Source: an uncultured Bacteroidales bacterium
GTDB lineage: Bacteria; Bacteroidota; Bacteroidia; Bacteroidales; VadinHA17
Assembly (NCBI GenBank): GCA_963730615.1
Contig: CAVSSR010000003.1
Coordinates: forward strand, 88 to 64,087
Direction of reading: 5' to 3'
DNA length: 64,000 nucleotides
The position numbers and the translations under genes were made by a program. Each line of letters begins with the position of its first letter. Position 1 is the stretch's first letter. Below the pieces are notes generated by a model. The model was not told the origin of the DNA, made no database searches, and was given only the letters and a program-made list of their open reading frames with translations. Positions 53,035 to 64,000 of the stretch are shown piece by piece.

Positions 53035-53887
53035 CTATAAATTCTCAGGATTAAACGCCACCCTGGCTTTTCCGAATGCACACACCCGGGGATTGCCCGC
53101 ATAATGTTCATACGGCTCCGACTGGCATGTTCCGTCCAGGATTGACTTTACACAGGCAACCTGATCGAGGATGAATCCGGCCGGCAGGGGATCTCCGTGA
53201 CCGGGAAAAATAGTTGTGAACTCACTCATTTTCTCCACCTGTTTTTCGAGTGTCACCAGGTATTTGCTCAGCGGCAGGCACCCCGGCAGCCAGAGCCATA
53301 CCAGTCCATTGTTGTTGTCACCGGCAAAGAGAAGCTTGTTACTGATATCCAGGAGGCAGATGCTGCCGGGAGTATGTCCGGGAGTTTCAATAACCTTTAT
53401 CCACCGGTCTCCCAGGTTGAAAAGGTCGCCATCCGTCACCGGTATCAGCTTGGTATTAAAAGGCTTGCCTTTAAACCGCTCCGCGTCCCGTGGTCTTTCT
53501 GCCTCAGGAAGATTTTCCAGCATTGATTTCGCCCGTTCATATGTTCCTGAGGCAGCGGCAGATTCAAGGTCAGCCTCATGAACATATACCTTTTGCAAAC
53601 TGATAGTTGGCCCCGGAGTGATCACCGTGACCGTGGGTGTTCACCACGATGAGAGGCTTGTCCGTCATCTTCCGGATCTGCCCTGCCAGGTCGGCTGCGC
53701 CATTCCCGGTATCGACAACCAGGGCGCTGTCGTGACCGATGATAAGGTAAATATTCGGCCCCCGGTCAATAATCTGCCAGACGTCCTTTGCCACCTCCTT
53801 GACCGTGAACCATGACGAATCCTGCTGACTTGCAGCCATTAATGGGAAAAAGAGAAGGGCAGTCAGGAATAAAAGTGCATTCTTCAT
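53035..53887 (-). pseudogene. Secreted MBL-fold metallo-hydrolase; frame interrupted once
   Basis: Signal peptide, VVNTHGHGDHSGAN (HxHxDH), and a downstream TPGHTPGS. Confidence 0.8.
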
Positions 53888-53917
53888 ATCTGATCGCGAT
53901 TTTAGCTTATTAATTAC

Positions 53918-55633
53918 TCATTGCTGACTGACGGTAACAATGCCGGTGCCTTTAAGTGTTTCGATTGCTTCTGCCGGTAGTTTCCAGTTATTGTCAAAGA
54001 GACCCTGTGACACTATGTTGTCTGTGTTCTCCTTAAAGAGCACATAATCCTGGAACTTTTTCAGCATCTCCACTTTGGAACCCATAAAGGCATAGCCGGC
54101 CTGGCCGGAAGTGTTTTTCGGAGGGGTCCACCATGAAAGTCCCGAGTTGACAAGGATATAATGCCGGTTCATCGGGAAAATGTACACCAAACCATAACCT
54201 GCGGCGTCTTTATTGAGGTGCAGCGGCAGTTTGTCGGCAAACTTTTCAATTACTGAATTTGTCTCGCGGGTACCGAAGAGAATAAGGTTTGCTGTCACAT
54301 AATCACTTTGTCTTACCTCCTGGTCAGAGATCACCCTCGGGAACACCATTATCCGGCCGCCCATGCCCGACCAGTCGGCTGCAGAAGCTGCCTGTTCCCT
54401 TCTGGCATTCAGTTCTTCCGGCGAAGGATTGCCTCCTGTGCCGTAGACATAGATATGGCTGCTGCTCACTGCAGCATAAAGAGGACCTTCGGCACCGGGT
54501 TGTTTGGAGGTAAGGCCGGGAGTGAATTTCCTGTTTGCCCATGACCCGCCTGATTTCATAAAGGATATTGCACCGGCACTCCTTACGGAAAAGGATTTGC
54601 CATCCACCTTTACCGTTACTTTTTTGTCGGCATTAAACAGCGGATGGCCTGACAGGTTCAGGGTAAACGCGGCAAGTCCTGAGCTGGTCACTTCAACGGT
54701 ATTGCCGGCAGTAAACCGTGCATCAATGGTTGCCATGGTTCCGGGAACCAGGTCGTCAAATGTAACCCAGTAAGCCTTATTGTATTTAAACCACTTGGAA
54801 CTGAATTTGACCTGCCCGGGAAACATGTCTCTTTTGAACTGTGAGAACCAGTCAAATATAAATCCGTCCTTATATGCCCATTCCCAGCTGTTATGGCCGA
54901 CACCGGGATATTCAACATAGTCAAGTTTTTGTGCGGTTGTTTCCAGCTTTGCCTTCCACTCGGATGCTGTTTTGTAAAGAAAGTCCTTGTCCCCGATGAA
55001 AAGATGAACCGGCATGTTCAGGGCATTGCCGGCAAGGTCGATGGTTCCTTCCGGCGGTGCAGGACAGACAGGGGCAATAGCTGCCCAGACATCCGGACGG
55101 GTCATTCCAAGCCAGAGAGTGCCGCCTCCGCCCATGGAAAGTCCGGTCAGATAGATCCGGTCTTCATCAATCAGAAAGCGCGACTTAAGATCATCGAGCA
55201 TCTCATATACATCCTGTTCGGGAATGCCCTGGTAGCCGGCCGTACCCCTTGCATACGGCGCCGCAGCTATATAATCGACAGGCTTAAAGGGCGGCCAGTA
55301 CCTTGTAGCCTCAACGTCTGTCTCGAAAGGCACGTTGCCGGGCTTGATAAAATCATATCCCTGGCTGTTCCCTACGCCAAAGAGGCGCCTCAGCCCCAGC
55401 CGGTGGTTTGACCACGCTCCGTGCAGGAAGATAACCAGCGGATAAGTCTTATTCTCGTCAAAGTTTTCCGGAATATAGACTGCGTAAGGCTGATCTCTCT
55501 CATCCGCCGTTGAGAAGAATGAGAGATCCTGGGGTCCCGGTTTTAGTTTCTGCGCAATTGCATAATCTGAATTAAATGCGAATAAAACTGCGGCCAGAAT
55601 GAGTAACTGACAGATTGGTCTGAAGGATTTCAT
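53918..55633 (-). CDS. Secreted alpha/beta-hydrolase (esterase / peptidase S9-like) with large C-terminal domain
   Basis: Signal peptide MKSFRPICQLLILAAV, PLVIFLHGA, nucleophile elbow GLSMGGGG, and GVGHNSW. Confidence 0.7.
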   Translation of the reverse strand: MKSFRPICQLLILAAVLFAFNSDYAIAQKLKPGPQDLSFFSTADERDQPYAVYIPENFDENKTYPLVIFLHGAWSNHRLGLRRLFGVGNSQGYDFIKPGNVPFETDVEATRYWPPFKPVDYIAAAPYARGTAGYQGIPEQDVYEMLDDLKSRFLIDEDRIYLTGLSMGGGGTLWLGMTRPDVWAAIAPVCPAPPEGTIDLAGNALNMPVHLFIGDKDFLYKTASEWKAKLETTAQKLDYVEYPGVGHNSWEWAYKDGFIFDWFSQFKRDMFPGQVKFSSKWFKYNKAYWVTFDDLVPGTMATIDARFTAGNTVEVTSSGLAAFTLNLSGHPLFNADKKVTVKVDGKSFSVRSAGAISFMKSGGSWANRKFTPGLTSKQPGAEGPLYAAVSSSHIYVYGTGGNPSPEELNARREQAASAADWSGMGGRIMVFPRVISDQEVRQSDYVTANLILFGTRETNSVIEKFADKLPLHLNKDAAGYGLVYIFPMNRHYILVNSGLSWWTPPKNTSGQAGYAFMGSKVEMLKKFQDYVLFKENTDNIVSQGLFDNNWKLPAEAIETLKGTGIVTVSQQ

Positions 55634-55724
55634 ATTACTGTTATTAATGCGGTTTAAAAGTCTTTTGAAACAGTTGTCCGGTGGGGTCCGGCCCTGCAAA
55701 AACAGACAGGAATTAGCTGGCTGA

Positions 55725-56156
55725 TCAGACGGGCGTCACTCCTTTTATCAGAATTATGTTTCCGTATTTTACAGTCTCGCCGGTCATGACGACGGCAAAG
55801 GCGTTTTTTGCCCTTTCGTAGAAGGCGAAGCGGTCGAGGCGTTTCACCTGAGGAAGGCCGGGAGTGTTGAGGGAGATTCGCTTCATATATGAAATTTCAA
55901 CACCGGGATCCAGCTTATCACCCACAACCGGCTCCATCATAATGACCGGGTGAGGCACATATGTATCAAGTTCGAAAAGAGGCAGTATCGCCTCAAGCAG
56001 GTCTGCGATGTGCAGTCCGTCAGCCCTGATGATTCTTTTGTTCAGGCTCTCGCCCGGGAAGTGTGCATCGGCCAGCACGAGCTCGTCGCCGTGGCCCATC
56101 CGCGCCATCACCTCAAGCAGCTGAGGCGAGATAAGAGGAGATATACCCTTAAGCAT
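55725..56156 (-). CDS. fucU: L-fucose mutarotase (RbsD/FucU family)
   Basis: [34 protein letters not shown]. Confidence 0.85.
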   Translation of the reverse strand: MLKGISPLISPQLLEVMARMGHGDELVLADAHFPGESLNKRIIRADGLHIADLLEAILPLFELDTYVPHPVIMMEPVVGDKLDPGVEISYMKRISLNTPGLPQVKRLDRFAFYERAKNAFAVVMTGETVKYGNIILIKGVTPV

Positions 56157-56334
56157 ATATTATTTTTTACAGGTAGTGAAAATAGTGTTTTCCGGAGAAA
56201 GATGATCGCAGGTCATCGTATTATTGCAGAAAAGATCATAAATCAATTCCACACAACGGGTAAACAATTTCATGCAATACCGGTTATTTATCCATAATTG
56301 ATATATTTAAACCGAATCAGCATATAAACAGATT

Positions 56335-57150
56335 ATGAACAGCAAAGATTTCTTTACGATTACCAATGGGGTGAAAATACCCGCTGTCGGTTTCGGAACC
56401 TGGCAGATACCCGCGGGTGATGTGGCGTACAATTCAGTAACTGCAGCGCTTAAGAGCGGTTACAGGCACATAGACACGGCCTACGCCTACGGCAACGAGG
56501 CAAGTGTCGGGCAGGCCATCCGTGATTCCGGCATTGACCGCAAGGAAATATTCGTTACATCAAAGCTGCCGGCAGAAATAAAGAACTATGCCCTGGCACG
56601 CCGGTATGCTGAAAACACAATGAAGAACATCGGTCTCGAATATATTGATCTTTATCTTATCCATGCTCCCTGGCCATGGAACCAGATAGGTGCAGACTAT
56701 ACAAAGCAGAATATTGAGATATGGAAAGCGATGGAGGAGTTTTACGAGACCGGCAGCACCCGTTCGATAGGGATATCCAATTTCAATGTCTCAGATGTCA
56801 ATGCCATACTGGAGACATGTCGTATAAGGCCGATGGTCAACCAGATCAAGTTTCACATCGGACACGGGCAGCAGGAAATCAGGGAACACTGCGCGAAAAA
56901 CGATATCCTTGTTGAGGGATACTCGCCTCTTGCCACGGGCAACCTCCTGCATAATACGGCAATTGCCGGCATTGCGAAGAAATACGGTAAAAGCGTAGCA
57001 CAACTCTCAATTCGTTATGTTCTTCAGAAAGGTGCACTGCCGCTTCCAAAATCGACACACCCTGAATATATCAGGCAAAACCTGGAAATCGATTTTGAGA
57101 TCGCGGGAGATGACATGAAAGTTCTTGACGGACTGAAAGCTGCTGTCTGA
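56335..57150 (+). CDS. Aldo/keto reductase (2,5-diketo-D-gluconate reductase-like)
   Basis: VGFGTWQ, GYRHIDTAYAYGNE, LYLIHAP and GISNF. Confidence 0.9.
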   Translation: MNSKDFFTITNGVKIPAVGFGTWQIPAGDVAYNSVTAALKSGYRHIDTAYAYGNEASVGQAIRDSGIDRKEIFVTSKLPAEIKNYALARRYAENTMKNIGLEYIDLYLIHAPWPWNQIGADYTKQNIEIWKAMEEFYETGSTRSIGISNFNVSDVNAILETCRIRPMVNQIKFHIGHGQQEIREHCAKNDILVEGYSPLATGNLLHNTAIAGIAKKYGKSVAQLSIRYVLQKGALPLPKSTHPEYIRQNLEIDFEIAGDDMKVLDGLKAAV

Positions 57151-57191
57151 TCCGGATTTTAACCGGTCACGTTGCGGCCGTAAAATCTTTT

Positions 57192-57199
57192 TATATTTG
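57192..57199 (+). promoter_or_regulatory. Bacteroidetes-type -7 box (TATATTTG)
   Basis: Matches TAnnTTTG, about 28 nt upstream of the ATG at 57227. Confidence 0.4.
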
Positions 57200-57214
57200 A
57201 CCTCATTTAATTGA

Positions 57215-58414
<1,200 letters not shown>

Positions 58415-58420
58415 TTTCAA

Positions 58421-59230
58421 ATGAAAAAGGTTATTCTCATAAGCGGAATTTCTTCCGGATTTGGCAAAGAAACAGCAAGGCTTCTTGCAGCTTCAGGTCA
58501 TATAGTATACGGTACTGTACGCAGGGATTTCGAAACAAGCGACAGGGTATTTGTTGTCAGAATGGATCTGCCGGATTTAAAGTCAGTTAAAAATGCTGTT
58601 GAAACTGTCATTCAGAAGGAAGGAAGAATTGATGTTCTGATCAACAATGCAGGTATGCATACCGGCGGTCCCATCGAGACTTTACCCTCAGAATACATTA
58701 AATTTCAGATGGGTACCAGCTTTTACGGATTGGCCCAGGTAACCAGGGAGGTATTACCGTACATGCGGAAACAAGGGGGCGGCATGATAATAAATATCAG
58801 TTCCATTGGCGGTCTTATGGGTTTACCGTTCCAGGCATTTTATTCAGCTGCCAAATTTGCTGTCGAAGGTTTCAGCGAAGCACTCAGAATGGAAGTTAAG
58901 CCCTTTAATATCAAAGTAGTGGTGATCAATCCGGGTGATTTTCATACAAATAATTCAGCTAACCGGAGAAACTTTCTTGCCCCGACAAATGATGCCGATC
59001 CTTACCATGAAAATTTTAAAAATGCTCTCGAACAGATAGAAAAGGATGAAGCTGGCGGATGGGAGCCTGTGGTTCTTGCCCGCAGGCTTGTAAAGATCGT
59101 TGAAAGCAGAAAGCCCCGGCAGAAATATATAATCGCCTCGTTTGAACAAAAGCTGGCCGTGCTCCTTAAATCCATTTTACCCGGTAAGCTGTTCAGGACT
59201 ATTCTTGAAGATCATTACCGGATAAAATAA
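58421..59230 (+). CDS. Short-chain dehydrogenase/reductase
   Basis: ISGISSGFG nucleotide-binding motif, NNAG and YSAAK (YxxxK). Starts 7 nt after the preceding gene. Confidence 0.85.
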   Translation: MKKVILISGISSGFGKETARLLAASGHIVYGTVRRDFETSDRVFVVRMDLPDLKSVKNAVETVIQKEGRIDVLINNAGMHTGGPIETLPSEYIKFQMGTSFYGLAQVTREVLPYMRKQGGGMIINISSIGGLMGLPFQAFYSAAKFAVEGFSEALRMEVKPFNIKVVVINPGDFHTNNSANRRNFLAPTNDADPYHENFKNALEQIEKDEAGGWEPVVLARRLVKIVESRKPRQKYIIASFEQKLAVLLKSILPGKLFRTILEDHYRIK

Positions 59231-59231
59231 A

Positions 59232-60218
59232 TCATGTCCTGGGACTGGCATCTTCCAGGTCCCATTTGCTAAATACGGCCCGGACTTTGGCTAAAGCATA
59301 TGAAGCAGTTTCATATGAATTTTCTCCACGACCAGCAGGTACTTCAACATTATAATATCCCTGGTAACCAGCATTGCGAAGATTGTTCATCTTTTCCTCG
59401 AGTGGCCCGTCTATTATATTCATCGGGATATGTGTATGTACAGCAAGTTTGGCGGCCTCCTTATCACATTGATTTCTTTCCTCATCTGTATTTGTACCTT
59501 TCCATCCCCGATATGTATGCAGATTGCAAAACCCGGGTGGTTTACCGCATCATAAAGCTTTTTCAGGTTTTTCCAGGCGCCGGATGGACCCATATGGTTC
59601 TCTGCACCTGTCTTAAAGCCGTTGTCATATGCATACTGGGCATATTCCCTGTAACGTTTTACGATAAAATCGAATTCTTCATCTGTCCAGTCAGTCCGGC
59701 CTTCAGGCATATTGAATTGGGTCCTGAATCAAGCGGACAAAACCAACTCCCGAGCATTTTAGCAAGTCTCAGGTGCTCAAGTGCATTCTTATGATTCAGC
59801 TCCGTCTCTCCGGTTCAAAGGTTATAACATGGCAGCCATCTGCTGCAATATTTGGAATACACAGTTCACGTTCATCCAGCGCTTCTTTGACGTTTGCGAT
59901 CCATCCATCCTCAAAAGGAATATATGTGCCTTTATCATAACGTTCCCGGAAATCCTTGAGGTGACCGCCCCATAAGTCGGCAGCATCGAGATTATAGCGG
60001 TATTTGCAGGTTTCAAAATAACCAAAGATATCCTGCATACCCCTGCTCACCAGACCGTTAAAAGTATACGAAAGCATGGATAACTTGTGTTTCCTGAGAA
60101 ACGATCCTGATACTGATGGTATATTCCCTGAAGCCGAAGCATTCAGGAATGCCGGACCAGCTATAGCAGCCAATGCGACAACAGAACTTTTCTTTAAAAA
60201 ATCACGACGTGTGTTCAT
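59232..60218 (-). pseudogene. Tat-signal sugar phosphate isomerase/epimerase (xylose-isomerase-like TIM barrel); frame interrupted twice
   Basis: MNTRRDFLKKSSVVALAAIAG twin-arginine signal. Fragments 59796-60218, 59420-59710 and 59232-59423. Confidence 0.75.
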
Positions 60219-60295
60219 TTCCTTAATTGTTTAACAGATTAATTGGTTCATATGTACCCGGATATTGTCTGGCCGGCCCCAGTTTAGCCTTGTTG

Positions 60296-61755
60296 TTACA
60301 TTTCCCATCCCGGGCGATATTCACGGGTAGCATACTGATTAGCCTCAGGGATATTTGTCACTCTCAGATTCTGGCTATCCCATAGCAATCTCTGACCCCC
60401 CATTCTGATAGCAAGGTTTCCCAGAGCTATGGTTTCTGATATGGGTTGGACATTTTTAAAATTGCCTCTGGAAGGTTTTATTCCCATAAACGCATTATTC
60501 ATTTCATCCTTTGACAATGCGATGTACTCCTCCGGCACCGTGATGGATGCTGCCATTTCATCACCGTTATCAACACCAAAAATCTGCATATTGTTGTATC
60601 CGTCAAAGGCGGTATAAATAACTCCCTTTTCACCGATAAACAATACACCTCCGGCATCACTCAGATCCACACCTCTGTCAACCATAGCCCTTGGAGTCGG
60701 GGGTTTCATATTGCCGTCATACCAGTAGACATCAATATTTTCATTCTTATCCAATACCGGGACATCCCAATGAATTCTGGAGGCCCAGGGAAAAGAAAGC
60801 TTATTCTCAATTTTTTTGAAATACGTAATTATTGAGTTCGTAGTGAATGCTGCAATCAGCCTTAGCGCTCACAGGCACGCCGAGATTTCAGAACACGCCA
60901 GTCTCTCCAGAAACCATAAAATGCCATATCGCAAAGGACCCCTCCTCCGAATTCAAACCAGCCTCTGTAAACGAAATGAGTATATTCAGGAGAGTACGGA
61001 CGATCGGTACTGGGTCCGAGCCATAACTGCCAGTCAAATCCGTCAGGAATTGGTTGCGGTTCAGGCAAAGTGGCCTTGGCCTGTGGCCAGGTGGGACGGT
61101 TGGTCCACCGGTGCAGTTCAGTTACTTTTCCGATGATGCCCTGCTTCATCAGTTGCATCATTGTATATGTCTTTGGCGGATCCTGAAAGAAATAGCAATG
61201 TGTCGGAACTCCGGATTTATTAGCGAAGTCTATTGAAGCACGGACTTCATTCAGGAAGTTAGAAATTGGCTTATGTGTTGCCACATTAACCTTCTTTTTC
61301 ATTGCTGCAATGTTAATGGGAGCATGTAAATGATCCGGAGTAAAATTAAATACTGCATCCAGTCCTTTTTCCTTTTCAAGAAGCTCCCTGAAATCAGCAT
61401 AGGCATTACAGCCTTTATATGTTCCTTTCCCGATATAATCTGCATAAGCCTTTTCAACTCTTCTTCTGCCTTCTTCACGGCCTCCGGGGGCACCACCCGG
61501 GCGACCCGGATATTTATTACTATCCCTTTCAGGATCACAGACAGAGGTAATCTGGTATTCAGGGTCTTTCAGATATCCGTTAAGGGCGCCAAGCCCCATC
61601 ATGCCACACCCTATCAGAGCGACGTTCATTCTGTCGCTGGGGGCGATCTTTCCTGAACCGCCCAAAACGTGTGACGGAATAATACTAAGAGCTATTCCGG
61701 AAGCTGCGGTTTTTTTTATGAAATCGCGACGGTTGAGATCTCTTTTTCCCTTCAT
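60296..61755 (-). pseudogene. Tat-signal Gfo/Idh/MocA-family oxidoreductase; frame interrupted
   Basis: LNRRDFIKKTAASGIALS twin-arginine signal and VALIGCGMMG Rossmann motif. The C-terminal fragment 60296-60754 follows a 107-nt gap in a third frame. Confidence 0.8.
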
Positions 61756-61824
61756 CAGATTAAGTATTAATTCATTTGTATTTATCGACTAAATGTTAAG
61801 CTTCTCACACTGTCAGTTAGCGCC

Positions 61825-63093
61825 TTAAAATGTGTCAGGCATCAGTATAAATTCAAAGCAGGCAAAATTATTTCCCTTGTTATAGTGAAATGTAAGCAAA
61901 TGAAGTCCTGATTCATTAAAGGAGATTGTACCTATCTCTGCCTTATTCCATTTGTGCATACTGCCTGTTGCAAGCGGAAGTCTGCATTCGCTGGCAGGTT
62001 TATTATTTACAGAAAAAGTAATGGTATTGGCATCGTTTGCATAAAGTGCAACAATTTTATAAGTGCCGGCTATTTTGACATCCACTGTGTAATTGACCCA
62101 TTCATTATCCTCGGTCCAGCCTATATAGAGCTGGTTTACCGGAGGAGTAAAATAATTATCGTTGTGATTAAAATCTGCAAAGTCCTTGGTATAAGATATA
62201 TCTACAGCTTCGTCTTTGCGAAAATTCCATTGATAGGCCGTCGCATGAGGCCTCTGGTGATCCGGGATTTGATTGAGTTCACCAGCGCCTCTGTTTAAGA
62301 TCTCAAAGTCGTGATAGGCTATTCCCTCACCACCCAGATCATAGTATGCACATTCAATTTTACCGGGAATAACCTGAGCTCCTGCTTTATAATTACCGTC
62401 TTCGTAAGGTTTTCCTTTATAATCTGAGGGGACTGACATCTGGTTTTCTGAGGTCGATGCCATAATTGACGTAGAGGGTTTGGCCCCGGGAACGAACTCC
62501 AGGTACTGGACGTTCATAAATCCAGTCCTGACGAACTTCAGGGTGAGGACATGCGGGCCTTCCTCCAGTTCGAGCTCTGCAATGTTAGTGAACATACGCC
62601 ATGTATGGACATGGCCGGTGGTCTCCAGAATAATCGTACCGGTTTTATCAGCACCATCAACCGAAAGGCTGATCTCTGTGGAATCCCTGGCCACTGAAGA
62701 AAGCATGTTTATCTGGTACTTGCCGGTGGTCTTTACGTCCACGCTGTAGTTCAGCCATTCATCCGGTACGATCCAGCCGACATAGTATTTGTCGTATGGC
62801 AAGGCCGTTCCGTCTAAAAACTTATCAATGCCCGGTTTCGTGACAGATATGCCCACCTCATACCTGCCGTCGCGTGCCAACCCGATCCCTTCGCTTCCAT
62901 TGTTTTTAGGTGCAGGGTTGTGGAAGGCAACTCCTTCGCCACCCTCATCATAAAAAGCTGCTGTGATCTTGCCCGGGATAATCTGTCTCTCTCCCTTCCA
63001 CGGTTTGCTTTTGACGTCAATTTGCTGTGCTGCACTGATACTATAAACCAGTGCCACCCCGACAATAACAACGATGAATCTTTTTGCTTTCAT
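61825..63093 (-). CDS. Secreted carbohydrate-binding protein with two CBM6-like modules
   Basis: Internal duplication: IIPGKITAAFYDEGGEGVAFHN... versus VIPGKIECAYYDLGGEGIAYHD..., and WLNYSVDVKTTGKYQI versus WVNYTVDVKIAGTYKI. Confidence 0.65.
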   Translation of the reverse strand: MKAKRFIVVIVGVALVYSISAAQQIDVKSKPWKGERQIIPGKITAAFYDEGGEGVAFHNPAPKNNGSEGIGLARDGRYEVGISVTKPGIDKFLDGTALPYDKYYVGWIVPDEWLNYSVDVKTTGKYQINMLSSVARDSTEISLSVDGADKTGTIILETTGHVHTWRMFTNIAELELEEGPHVLTLKFVRTGFMNVQYLEFVPGAKPSTSIMASTSENQMSVPSDYKGKPYEDGNYKAGAQVIPGKIECAYYDLGGEGIAYHDFEILNRGAGELNQIPDHQRPHATAYQWNFRKDEAVDISYTKDFADFNHNDNYFTPPVNQLYIGWTEDNEWVNYTVDVKIAGTYKIVALYANDANTITFSVNNKPASECRLPLATGSMHKWNKAEIGTISFNESGLHLLTFHYNKGNNFACFEFILMPDTF

Positions 63094-63196
63094 AATGATT
63101 TTGTTAGGTTTTTATGCAAAATTTCAATACTAATAACAATTAGTCTACTAATTTATGCATTAATTGTCAGGTATATAGCATCAGCTATTCAGATAA

Positions 63197-63225
63197 TGAA
63201 AAAGCCCGGGATTGAAATCCCGGGC
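63197..63225 (-). terminator. Intrinsic terminator downstream of the thioredoxin gene
   Basis: On the minus strand, GCCCGGGA-tttcaa-TCCCGGGC is followed by TTTTTCATT. Confidence 0.75.
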
Positions 63226-63276
63226 CCCGAAGCACATATCCTGAATTATTGTATCAATATTACCTTTAATGACCTG

Positions 63277-63696
63277 CTATCTGACATTATTTATCTGCTG
63301 TAAAAGGTACTGCTTGCTCTTGACACCAACAATACGGTTTACTTCTTTCCCGTCTTTAAAGAGAACCATCGTAGGGATATTCCTTATCTGATATTTTTGT
63401 GCAAGTGCCTGGTATTGTTCAATATTTACCTTCCCCACGTACGCATTGCCTGTAAGCTCATCAGCAACATCATTCAAAACCGGAGCCATCATTCTGCATG
63501 GCGCGCACCAGCTTGCCCAGAAATCTACGAGTACAATCCTGTTTTTTGTCTGATGCTGAAAATTGACATCAGTAAGGGTAATAATATTCTTATGATCTTC
63601 CACCGAAGGAATGTTTTTCATTCTGGCACGGGCTAATAAAAACAACATGCCAAATACAATAATTAAGGCGCCGGTTATAATAAGAGCAGTTTTCAT
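63277..63696 (-). CDS. Membrane-anchored thioredoxin
   Basis: N-terminal TM helix, then VDFWASWCAPCRMMAP (WCxPC). Confidence 0.85.
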   Translation of the reverse strand: MKTALIITGALIIVFGMLFLLARARMKNIPSVEDHKNIITLTDVNFQHQTKNRIVLVDFWASWCAPCRMMAPVLNDVADELTGNAYVGKVNIEQYQALAQKYQIRNIPTMVLFKDGKEVNRIVGVKSKQYLLQQINNVR

Positions 63697-63697
63697 A

Positions 63698-64000
63698 TTA
63701 CGCTAATGAATTTTGTTTTTGTTTGATTTTCAATTCGTTTAAATAACCTGACGTTGCAAGGGCAGCAATTGTACCGTCACCAACAGCAGTGGTAATCTGT
63801 CTGAAGCGCTTTGCAGTACTGTCGCCGGCAGCATACACCCCATCTATATTTGTCGACATGTCGCTTTTAACCATAATCTCACCCCACTTATTCATATCAA
63901 TCCTGCCCTGAAGAAATTCAGTGTTTGGCACATATCCGATGAAAATGAAGGCTCCGTCAGTTTTGAAATTTCTAATTTCTCCTGATCTCAGGTTTTTAAT
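63698..64000 (-). CDS. trxB: Thioredoxin-disulfide reductase, 3' part (5' end lies outside the window)
   Basis: FIFIGYVPNTEFL...DGVYAAGD...RQITTAVGDGTIAALA. The frame stays open to the window edge. Confidence 0.85.
   Translation of the reverse strand: MKNLRSGEIRNFKTDGAFIFIGYVPNTEFLQGRIDMNKWGEIMVKSDMSTNIDGVYAAGDSTAKRFRQITTAVGDGTIAALATSGYLNELKIKQKQNSLA

Overview
This 64-kb window looks like chromosomal DNA from a Bacteroidota-type genome. Three proteins end in T9SS/Por C-terminal sorting domains, several genes sit behind the Bacteroidetes TAnnTTTG -7 box, and the gene content fits. I can support about 60 protein-coding loci, two tRNAs (Asn-GTT, Gln-TTG) and several intrinsic terminators. I see no rRNA, CRISPR array, transposase, integrase or phage structural genes. 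Most genes are housekeeping (efp, tyrS, tsaB, fba, pruA, trxB), envelope or efflux functions (TolC/MacA-type adaptor, O-antigen ligase, Wzz-like, OM barrels), or carbohydrate and secreted-enzyme functions (GH128-like, CotH, CBM proteins, FucP, FucU).

Two tracts are visibly more AT-rich by eye (not computed) and look accessory. One covers 1-4.6 kb next to tRNA-Asn and holds small secreted and lipoprotein paralogs. The other covers about 29.2-35.7 kb next to tRNA-Gln. It holds T9SS cargo, an FGE-domain protein and a solitary Abi_2 abortive-infection gene with a promoter plus a terminator-like leader.

Other points worth a second look:
- a Tat-exported Gfo/Idh/MocA + xylose-isomerase-like TIM-barrel + CBM trio
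- an alpha-oxoamine synthase + SDR pair, possibly for sphingoid or sulfonolipid base synthesis
- a class D beta-lactamase-like lipoprotein with KAG in place of KTG/KSG
- an orphan CcrM/M.HinfI-like methyltransferase
- a family of GC-rich intergenic elements

Major caveat: about 20 recognisable genes, including tyrS, are split by frame shifts, mostly in the direction expected for one extra base. The pseudogene calls are therefore provisional and may reflect consensus errors. I found no clearly novel multi-gene system. The candidates above are hypotheses, not demonstrations.
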